From Klebsormidium nitens (taxonomy: Eukaryota; Plantae; Klebsormidiophyceae): a stretch of 33,404 nt of DNA. Shown in pieces: positions 1 to 8,277 of this stretch. The stretch lies in assembly GCA_000708835.1 (NCBI GenBank), contig DF237729.1, forward strand, positions 1 to 33,404, given 5' to 3'. A program made the position numbers and the translations under genes. The notes below the pieces were generated by a model. The model was not told where the DNA came from. It saw only the letters and a program-made list of their open reading frames with translations, and ran no database searches. The stretch's first letter is position 1; every line of letters starts with the position of its first letter.

Positions 1-132
1 GAAAGCCGTTCCATCCGGGAAAGCATCACAGATAGACAAGACCAAGTCGAGTCATCTGGATAGAACGCCGTATCTCAACGGTCTTACAGCGCGCCGTCAA
101 GACGTAACCGCTGTCGTTTCGCTAACAAGCAG

Positions 133-1749
133 CTAACGAAATCCTGACGAGAACGAGGTTAGACTTAACCAGACGTAATCGTTACACTTCTTGTGGCTGT
201 GCCCCGTGTCAAGGGCCGCCGCCAAGAGACACTCCCAAGGCTCGAGAGTCTTTTGATGGGTGCAGGCAGCTCTCGAGTCCGGCCGACGGCAAATGGGGTC
301 GTTGCAAACCAAGAGCCTCCTCGCCCCCGCTTCCCGTTGCGCGACTCTCTCGTCGCGTCTCTCAGCATAAACCCGAGTCGCCTCGCTCCTGCCTCCATCA
401 ATTGCGCGCTCGATCAGGGGCAATGATTGCTTTGAAAGCACACTCAATAGGTGCCGGCACCGCTCGGGTACCGTGCAGTTGATATTGCTGCAGTGCGCAA
501 CCTCTCCTCCAAGCACGCAAACCACGGGCTCCTCTCCGGGGTTGCTCGAAACAACCACCCGGAGGTGCGGCCCCCCTTTCCAAGCCTCCGCGTCTAGCCC
601 ACGGAGGACACCCCCCACGCCACCATTCTGGTCTAGCGGCAATACCCAGGGCTTGCCGCTGGTGACCTCCCTCACAAAGGGGTGGGTGTTGTCAAAGGCC
701 GTGAAGATGGCCGCGCCATTTTGCCACCAGCCGCTCATGGAACGGGTTGCTTCAAGGAACGACATGTCGTGGTCCCGGCACTCCTTGTGACCGCATAGGC
801 ACCGAAAACTTCTCGTGTGGTCGACCTTGACGAGCCGGGGGACGTTAATGAGCCCTCGGTCCGTGGCAAAGATGTCCAGAAGGCGCCCACTGGAGGCGTC
901 GAGCAGGGGCACCAAAAAAAGGCCGGGGGCAACGGCGATCGGGGGGATCTTGCTCCGACCCAATTCCGATAGGAGGGCCACCGTGCCAAGCTTCCGTGGG
1001 CTCGGCCCCTCTTCAAGGGCTCTCTTGACTCCGCGCTTCGACGAAGCACTGTGTGCCTTGGGCTCGCGGCAGTACGGACAAGGGGCAAGATCCCTCCTCT
1101 GCACAAATAACTGGTAGCCGCCCTCTCTCACCCCCTCCCCTGACGGTACTTCTCGAAGCTCCTGAGTACTGGGGAAGGCTTCATACTTGGTGAAAAGCTC
1201 TTTCTGGGGAATAGCGCACCCGGATGCACTTGAAATAAAGGGGCTCCCCTCCTCGTATTGAGCCTCCACGCAACGCAAGCACAGAAGATGCCCCCCACCG
1301 CCTCGGCAAATCAGGGCCCCGCCCCGGTTTCGTTTCCGCCCCCAGATGAAAGGATCGCACCCTCGAGCATAAACTACCCCCTTTCCGCCGCACGTGCGCC
1401 CGATGCACGTCGACCCGAATCCGCCCCGTGCAAAGGCCTCTGCAGGCCGCAAGCTGAAGGCAAATCCGTAATCGAACTTGAAGTCGGCGCCCCCCTGCTT
1501 GGCCGCGTAGGAGGGCCGGCCCCCTCGCATGCCTCCAGCATTTGGTGGGGGCGGAACTGCAGCCGGGACGCTCCTTATGTCGTCGAAGACGGGAGCCGGG
1601 CCTTCGAAGTGGACTGCCGCGCAACTCCTGACGGCTTGACCAGCCTTCAAGGTCTCGTGCATGCTCGTCGAGGCCGCCGGGGTGGTCGAGGCAATGAGCA
1701 CGAAGCCGGAGGGTCCTTTCTCGTCACGGGACGCCGTCACGAGGTTCAT
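133..1749 (-). CDS. Cys/His-rich hypothetical protein (538 aa) with SWIM-like zinc-binding motifs; possibly transposon-derived (KDZ/Zisupton- or MULE-associated)
   Basis: Long ATG-initiated ORF. Clustered motifs: CLRC, CPYC, FRCLCGHKECRDH, HCSNINCTVPERCRHLLSV (CxH-ending, SWIM-like) and CNDPIC. No catalytic transposase motif is recognisable. The 3' end may be spliced to sequence beyond the window start. Confidence 0.5.
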   Translation of the reverse strand: MNLVTASRDEKGPSGFVLIASTTPAASTSMHETLKAGQAVRSCAAVHFEGPAPVFDDIRSVPAAVPPPPNAGGMRGGRPSYAAKQGGADFKFDYGFAFSLRPAEAFARGGFGSTCIGRTCGGKGVVYARGCDPFIWGRKRNRGGALICRGGGGHLLCLRCVEAQYEEGSPFISSASGCAIPQKELFTKYEAFPSTQELREVPSGEGVREGGYQLFVQRRDLAPCPYCREPKAHSASSKRGVKRALEEGPSPRKLGTVALLSELGRSKIPPIAVAPGLFLVPLLDASSGRLLDIFATDRGLINVPRLVKVDHTRSFRCLCGHKECRDHDMSFLEATRSMSGWWQNGAAIFTAFDNTHPFVREVTSGKPWVLPLDQNGGVGGVLRGLDAEAWKGGPHLRVVVSSNPGEEPVVCVLGGEVAHCSNINCTVPERCRHLLSVLSKQSLPLIERAIDGGRSEATRVYAERRDERVAQREAGARRLLVCNDPICRRPDSRAACTHQKTLEPWECLLAAALDTGHSHKKCNDYVWLSLTSFSSGFR

Positions 1750-1904
1750 CCTGGGACCGGGGAGAAAGCTATGAGTTTGAGCAGGTTTCGATGGCCCTAA
1801 GTGTCTGCGCCGCCTTGAAATTGTAAAGGAGGCGACTTACTTTTGGCCCAGGAACGAACGCCCTTCGCCCGTCTTTCATCCGTCAATTCTTCTCTCGTAG
1901 ACAG

Positions 1905-3200
1905 AAGCATTTTATCCTTTCAGGTTGGAGCTTTTGACTCGCAACCAAGTCCGGCCACCCCGGCATAATTGTCCACCCTTTGTGATTGATAGCGCCGACC
2001 AGTCAAAACTTCCCTCGTAGAGATAAGCATTTTCTCCTTTCAGGGCGGAGCTTCTGACTTGCAACCAAGTCCAAACATCAACGCATGATTGTTCACCCAT
2101 GCCACTGGCTATCCGACAGATGTGTTGAGTGATAGGGCCAACGAGTCAAAAATCCCCTCTTAATATAAGCTCTTTAAGCTCTTCAAGACAGAAGTTTTGA
2201 CTCGCTCGCAAGTCCGACCATTCCAACCAGGATCCTCCAACGTTATGAGTGATAGCGCCAATCAGTCAAAAGTTTCCGGATGCATATAAGCTTTGCATAC
2301 TTTGAGGCTCGAAGTTTTTGACTCGCTCGTAAGGCCGGTGACCATTCCATCCAATATCCCCGAACGCTGTGAGTGATAGCGCCGACCAGACAAAAGTTCC
2401 CTCTTGATATAAGCATTTAGGCTGTTCAAGACAAAAGATTTGACCCATTCGCAAGGCCGACCATTCCACGCAGGATCCTCGAACGTTGTAAGTGATAGCG
2501 CCAACCAGTCAAAAGTTCCCTCTTGGATACAACCATTCAGTCTCTTCAAGACGAAAGTTTTGACTCGCTCGCAGGGCCGACCATCCCACGCAATATCCTC
2601 AATGATGTGTGTGACAGCGCCGGCTCGGTCAGAAGTTTCCTCTTGATATAAAGGCCGACCATTCCACCCAATATCTCAAAACGTTGTGAGTGATAGCGCC
2701 AGCCAGTCAAAAGTTCCCTCGTGAATATAAGCTTTTCATCCTTCAAGGTCGAGACTTTTGACTCGCAGGTAAGACCGTCCATTCCATCAACAATCCGACA
2801 GATGTTGTGAGTGATAGCGCCGGGCCAGTCAAAAGTTCCCTCTTGGATATAACCATTCAGTCTCTTCAAGACGAAAGTCTTGACTCGCTCGCAGGGCCGA
2901 ACATCCCACGCAATATCCTCAATAATGTATGTGACAGCGCCGGCTCGGTCAAAAGTTCCTTCTTGATATAAACATTCCATCTCTTCAAGACGAAAATTAT
3001 GACTCGCTCGCAGGACCGACCATTCCACTCAATATCATCGAATGCTGCAAGTGATAGCGCCGGCTCAACCAAAAGTTCCCTCTTGATATAAGCATTTAGG
3101 CTGAGTCAAGAAGAAAGTTTTGACTCGCTTGCAGGGCCGACCATTCCACCTCAGATTTCCGACTCGGAATGCTGTGAGTGATAGCGCCGACCAGTCGAAT
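1905..3200. repeat. Diverged tandem repeat array 1, ~119-121 bp unit, ~11 copies
   Basis: The anchor GA(T/C)AGCGCC or a close variant recurs at about 1988, 2131, 2251, 2375, 2494, 2613, 2692, 2813, 2933, 3053 and 3180. Consensus core: GTGAGTGATAGCGCCGACCAGTCAAAAGTTCCCTCTTGATATAAGCATT...CTTCAAGACGAAAGTTTTGACTCGCTCGCAGGGCCGACCATTCCAC. Confidence 0.95.
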
Positions 3201-3704
3201 CTATAAATCCATGGAAATCCGACGACAGAGCGCAGACAACTCAACATGACGGAAGTTACTGCAGAATGCCAGCAAAGGGACGTGTCTATCACGTCCGAGC
3301 TGTCTCATTGCTACTGAAGAGAGGCGTGCATGCGCGCGCCACAAGACTTGAGGCGTGCGAGGTTCGTTTCTCACCCCGCTCCTCGTAGTGATTGCAATCG
3401 ACTGCGCAACACTGACTGCGCCGCTCTCTGCCTCGTTTGAAGGCCCAGCAATGGGCGGCACTGCAGGCAAGTACGGCCGCTCACTAGCCGAAGCGCACAC
3501 CGCCTGCAGTGCATGCACTTATCTAAGAATGAAGGTACTTAAGGCTTTGCAATCACTCAATTAACGAGATTCCTTGAATTAGGCGGTACTCATTTAAGGG
3601 CAAAAAGCAATGACAATTGATCTTTAAAACCGTCAGTGCTTTAAAAGAGGACTTTACCAGCTTAAGAAGACACATTTGAAATCAGCATTCAGTTTGGAGG
3701 CACG

Positions 3705-4241
3705 ATGATGCTGTACATAGGCCCCCTGTGCGACCTTTGGCCCGTCAAACGGTATTCGTACGCTCATAAGGACTTCGTTTACATCGACGGGTTGCCTGGA
3801 AGCAAGTATTTTCGGCCGGATCAAGCTGGTTGGCAGGTGTCGAAGGACAAAGAGGCAATGGTATCCTGCATCCGAGACGATCTACGCACCGACAATGCGC
3901 TTGTCTCTGATGAAGAGCTTCCACACGACGTGCACGTCTTCAGATTGCGGGGAGGGACCACTCTGACGTACTACTTCAACAGGAAGGACCACGACATCCC
4001 TACCGATCCATTACTGAAGAAGATTCTTCCTCAAGTGACGGCCATCTACATACACGGCCCGTTCCAGCCCGTTCTGCCACCCCTGCCTTCCTTGAAGAAG
4101 TGTTACTACACGGAGTTGTGCAGTGGCATAGAGATGCCAGAGACAGTTTCCACAATCATAATCCCTGAGGTGGAGGCCTACTACGAGGACTCTTGCTACC
4201 GGATACGCTGTGACTATTGTGAGGACGCCATTAATTTGTGA
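3705..4241 (+). CDS. Orphan single-exon hypothetical protein (178 aa); C-terminal half weakly LRR/FNIP-like
   Basis: Clean ATG..TGA ORF with globular-protein composition, preceded by an AT-rich stretch (3520-3700) and followed by AT-richer sequence. No family is recognised with certainty. Confidence 0.6.
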   Translation: MMLYIGPLCDLWPVKRYSYAHKDFVYIDGLPGSKYFRPDQAGWQVSKDKEAMVSCIRDDLRTDNALVSDEELPHDVHVFRLRGGTTLTYYFNRKDHDIPTDPLLKKILPQVTAIYIHGPFQPVLPPLPSLKKCYYTELCSGIEMPETVSTIIIPEVEAYYEDSCYRIRCDYCEDAINL

Positions 4242-4472
4242 AACGCAGCACTTGTGTCACCAATGTCCGCAGGGTATGCGACCAAAACAAAATCAAACAT
4301 TGACCAGTTTGGAAAAATGGAATTTGCATGCTTTGCCCTTCATGTCCGACCAATGGTTGGGTCCGGGGAGACAAAAAGGCCCGCAAGGGCCCGCAAGGGT
4401 CCGCTTTCTAAGCGCATGTGCCAGGCGGCATTTGAAGACGTTCTAGGCTCATAGCTAATGGCCTAGTTGCTC

Positions 4473-5125
4473 GTCAGAAGTTTTGACTCGTAAGCAAGGC
4501 CGACCACTCCACCTAAGATTCTCGAACGCTATGAGTGATAGCAGCAACCAGTCAAAGATCCCCTTACAAGTATATGCTCTTCCTACTTTTGGGTTGGAAG
4601 TTTTGACTCGCTGGCAAGGCCGACCATCACCACCAAAAGGTTGTGTGTAATTGCGCGGACCAGTCAAAAGTTCATTTGAATATACGCATATTGATCTTCA
4701 CGAAAGAAAGTTTTGACTCGCTCGCAAGGCCAACCATGCCACCTAAGATCCTTGAACGCCGTGAGGGATAGCGAGTGATAGCACCGATCGGAGATGTTGT
4801 GAGTGATAGCGCCGATCAGTCAAAAGTTCCCTGACAAGTATAAGCATTTCAGACCTTAAAGTCAAAAGATCTGACTCGCTCGCAGGGCCGGGCCAGCCAT
4901 TCCCTCAGCAATCCAAGAGATGATGTGATTTGTCGTGCGGACCAGTTGAAAGTTCCCTCTTGATAGAAGCATTTTGCTCTTCACGCACGGAACTTTTGAC
5001 TCGCTCACAGAGCCGACCACCCCACGCATTATCCGTGAACGCTTGTAAGTGATAGCGCCGACTCAGTCAAAAGTTCCCTCTTGATATAAGCCTTCAAGCT
5101 CCTTACGGCAAAGATTTTTGACTTT
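4473..5125. repeat. Tandem repeat array 2, same ~120-bp family and same orientation as array 1, ~5-6 more diverged copies
   Basis: Recurring GTTTTGACTCG..GGCCGACCA, GAGTGATAGC and CAGTCAAAAGTTCCC blocks, e.g. at 4478, 4537, 4598, 4805 and 5051. Confidence 0.92.
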
Positions 5126-6062
5126 GAGCCTCCGTCGGAAGACACTCCGCCCATGATACCGAAGATTGTTGCTGAAAATAACGGAATCTATCGACCCGCA
5201 CGCAAGGGGGGCCATCTCATTTTGAATTAATGGCATGATGAGAGCACACCAAAGGTGGACGGCCTTGCCCCAATGAGCTCTACTGAAGTTCGAAGATTGA
5301 TGCGGCTGCACCACCCTCCTCCCGCAAAGCGCGCAGAATGGGTTGTTGGAGGCTCAGCAAATCCCCATTTCCGAGCGGTCAGCACTTCAATAAAAGTGAT
5401 CAACAAAAGAGCGGTGCACTTCAATGACAAATGCGCACACAGAAAAGGTTCAATGCGTACTGCACACACACACACCTTGATTCAGAGTTGCGGGCGCGAC
5501 CCAATCATCGCACTATCAGATCCCGTCCCGCGCTCAGCATAGCGCCGCTGAGGCCTTGCACATTCTTCACGTTCACAGGCCCACACTGTGAGACATAGTG
5601 CGTAAAAGTACAGAAGATGGACGTACGTCCTTGCAGTGCACTTGGAGGCGCTCAGCGGAGTGGCTCAGCTCAGTGTGTAGCCCTCAAGTGACACTAAGGC
5701 GGCTTTCACGGTTGCCAAGGTGCATAGCTTATGGGATTTGGAGCCAAACCGGGCACTTTCCATACTTTTCAGCCGAATCACAGATCGACGGCGCTCGGAG
5801 AAACCCTGGCCATCGGACGGCGATGAGAGTTGGGTGGGATTTCAACCTCGCGCCCCCCCTACCGCGCCTCCGCGGCCGCGGGAGCTCCGAGCTCCGAACC
5901 CTCGCTCCGAGCGGCCACGTCCGCGCTCGCTCTCGCGCTCGCGCCGGCGCCCGCGCGACCTAAGCTCCCAATTAACTCTAAACAGGCCCAAGGGCCAAGA
6001 CTAGTAGTAGACGCGATGCATGGTGCCTCGAACACGCAGATATTTCAGAACTTGAAGGGTAA

Positions 6063-6449
6063 GGGTACCGTCACTTTGAAGTGGCACCCGGTTAGGTATT
6101 TTAGAGGCCGCACTTTGGCTGGAGGGTCTCAAGCCCCCCCCCCCTCCCGGCCTTGTCTTCACAGAAAAGGTCAAGGTCCCGGTCCATATAGCCACCACCC
6201 GAGCAAACGTTTTGGACATAAGCACTATCGTATGCATGATTTGGCCCCGTTTAGACGTTGAAAAGCGCTTCTCTGATACATTCATGATCTACAAACTCTG
6301 ATCCGTGGGCTAAAAGATGATAAATCAGCATGGAAAAGCATGTTNNNNNNNNNNNNNNNNNNNNTCGCCTTCGGTTGGCCGAAGCAACCCAAGCCCCCCC
6401 CCCCCCAACAGAATACCTAAGGGGGTGCCACTTCAAAGTGACGGTACCC
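6063..6449. mobile_element. PIF/Harbinger (Tourist-like) TIR element / MITE
   Basis: A 27-bp perfect TIR GGGTACCGTCACTTTGAAGTGGCACCC (36/38 with the TTAGGTATT extension) sits at 6063 and inverted ending at 6449. TAA flanks both sides (6060-6062, 6450-6452), the diagnostic PIF/Harbinger TSD. The element contains the N gap, so its true length is unknown. Confidence 0.88.
6345..6364. other. Assembly gap (20 N)
   Basis: Run of N inside the TIR element. Confidence 0.99.
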
Positions 6450-6489
6450 TAACAGAAAAGTAGAGCGCGGTCAATCAAATCGAGTCGCC

Positions 6490-8277
6490 ATGGCTTCTCA
6501 GAGCCAACATGCTTCATGTATCAATGACGTCCTGCCAGAAGACATCCTCGTGAAAATAGCGAGCTTGCTCGATGAGGGTTTCTATGAAAAGGCTTCGCTG
6601 GAACGCTTCATGCAAGTTTGCAAGCACTGGCGCTCTCTAGGAAGAGAGGCGACAAGGCGCTTGCGGATTGACTGCCACAAGTATGGAAATGATGTAGAAG
6701 CGGTTTTGTTCAAAGCCTTGAGCGCCTTTCCTCACGTCGAGTCTCTCTCATTCGACAACTCTTACGCGCTTGATCAAGATTCTCTTGCAGCCATCTTTCA
6801 GAGGGTCACATCAAACTTGGACCTAGGCAGGACTCGCATCAAGCATTTACGTTTTCAATTCTGGGCATCCAAGCACCAGCTGCAATCGCTATCGCTGCCA
6901 AGCAATATAAAAGGTTGGAAACAGCTCGAGCGCCTGGAGGTGTTGAATGGCAGGTTCGTTGTCGACTTTGACCATGTCTCTGAGGAAGTCAAGGGGTGGA
7001 CAAATCTGCAGGATTTGAAACTGCGTTATTGTGAAGCCCTGCCTTCGGGAAGCAGGTTCTGGACAAATTTACGATCTCTGAAGCTAGAAACGCTGACCGC
7101 TGCGGAACTGTCGGCTGATGCGGCTGGAGAGTGGAAAGACCTTCAGGAGTTGGTGCTGAACTCTTGCCCGATGCTGCAACGTCTCCCTAGAGGGGTCTCC
7201 TCTTGGAAGGGGATTCAGCGAGTTGAAATCCGCAGTGCACCTCTGTTAAGCGCTCTTCCAAGTGAGGTGCGCGCATGGGTTGATCTGCAAAAGCTCCTCC
7301 TGGGGTGGTGTCAGGGAATAATGGAGTTGCCACCTGCCGTGGGGTCCTGGAAGCGGTTGAAACAGATCTCATTATGTGATCTTAGCCTGTGTGAGCTCCC
7401 TGCAGCTGTAGGGGAGTGGAGGGCCTTGGTCTCTGCAACGATAAGCAATTGCAAGAGACTTGTTAGGCTGCCTTTGGAGGTGGCGGGATGGAGTAAGCTG
7501 CGCAGCTTTACCCTGAGTGGCTGCGACAGCGTTCTCGATCTTTCCGAAGGGGTCTCAGGGTGGACAGAGTTGCAGAATCTGCAGTTACTTAGGTGTGCCG
7601 CCCTAGCGTCTCTTCCCAAGGGGGTCGGTAGCTGGATCTCGCTGCGAGCCGCAAGCATCTACCGGTGCAACCAGCTCAAAGGCCTGCCCGGGGGAACCCA
7701 GAAATGGTCAGCCCTGGAAGACTTGACCTTGTCGGAGTGCTCATCTCTGGGGACCCTGCAAGCTGGACAGCCAGCCAAAGGAGGACTTGCTTGTCTAAAC
7801 GTTTCGCTGCGCCCTCCAACGAGGTCCCAATCATGGGAGTCTCTCACTCGCCTCAACCTCTACGACATCGAGATAGACCGCCTCCCTGAATCGGTCGAGC
7901 GCTGCGTCCGGTTGCGATCGGTGGATGTTGATCGTTGCCGCAAGCTTTGGGACTTGTCGGCTGGCGTCAAGGGGTGGAGGAACCTGGAGCAACTCAACAT
8001 AACACGCTGCGAGGGGCTACGATCGCTGCCTGAAGGAGTCGGCCAATGGAAGCAGCTGCAGGCGATAAGTTTCAACATGAGTCTGTCGAATTTGGTTCTC
8101 CCAAAAGAGGTGGGGGCCTGGGTAAACCTCGAAAACGCATACTTTGGCGGCTTGGTGGCGTTACCACAAAGCGCCGATGGATGGACCTCCCTCAAAATCC
8201 TAAGCATCAACGACCTGGAAGTTGAGACGCTTCCGGAGAGCGCAGTCGGGGCCTGGGAGAAATTGACAACCCTCTAA
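6490..8277 (+). CDS. F-box / leucine-rich repeat protein (595 aa up to a premature-looking TAA), no introns seen
   Basis: N-terminal F-box-like motif LPEDILVKIASLL...VCKHWRSL. It is followed by ~19 LRRs of about 24 aa with consensus LPxxVGxWxxLxxLxLxxCxxL. Confidence 0.85.
   Translation: MASQSQHASCINDVLPEDILVKIASLLDEGFYEKASLERFMQVCKHWRSLGREATRRLRIDCHKYGNDVEAVLFKALSAFPHVESLSFDNSYALDQDSLAAIFQRVTSNLDLGRTRIKHLRFQFWASKHQLQSLSLPSNIKGWKQLERLEVLNGRFVVDFDHVSEEVKGWTNLQDLKLRYCEALPSGSRFWTNLRSLKLETLTAAELSADAAGEWKDLQELVLNSCPMLQRLPRGVSSWKGIQRVEIRSAPLLSALPSEVRAWVDLQKLLLGWCQGIMELPPAVGSWKRLKQISLCDLSLCELPAAVGEWRALVSATISNCKRLVRLPLEVAGWSKLRSFTLSGCDSVLDLSEGVSGWTELQNLQLLRCAALASLPKGVGSWISLRAASIYRCNQLKGLPGGTQKWSALEDLTLSECSSLGTLQAGQPAKGGLACLNVSLRPPTRSQSWESLTRLNLYDIEIDRLPESVERCVRLRSVDVDRCRKLWDLSAGVKGWRNLEQLNITRCEGLRSLPEGVGQWKQLQAISFNMSLSNLVLPKEVGAWVNLENAYFGGLVALPQSADGWTSLKILSINDLEVETLPESAVGAWEKLTTL

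Noticed and set aside
1258-1800. 180-aa plus-strand ORF
   Set aside because: Antisense shadow of the 538-aa ORF; Pro/Arg/Gly-rich with no motif.
1905-3200. 5S rRNA tandem array (similar 120-bp size)
   Set aside because: No resemblance to 5S rRNA sequence or to its A/C boxes.
4378-4404. GGCCCGCAAG tandem duplication and CA microsatellites (about 5462-5474, 33351-33362)
   Set aside because: Too short to be meaningful; typical slippage products.
1905-5125. CRISPR-like array
   Set aside because: The variable segments are point-diverged versions of one consensus rather than unrelated spacers. The unit is ~120 bp, the context is eukaryotic and no cas-like ORF is present.
5830-6010. Helitron 3' end (GGCCC-AA-GGGCC hairpin then CTAG near 6000) after a GC-rich tract
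   Set aside because: The stem is only 5 bp and too close to CTAG. No matching 5' TC end or Rep/helicase could be identified.
8275-8277. Non-standard genetic code (TAA=Gln as in some ulvophytes)
   Set aside because: None of the ~3980 UPL1 codons needs stop reassignment as far as the ORF track shows, and UPL1 ends on TAG exactly at the conserved C-terminus.
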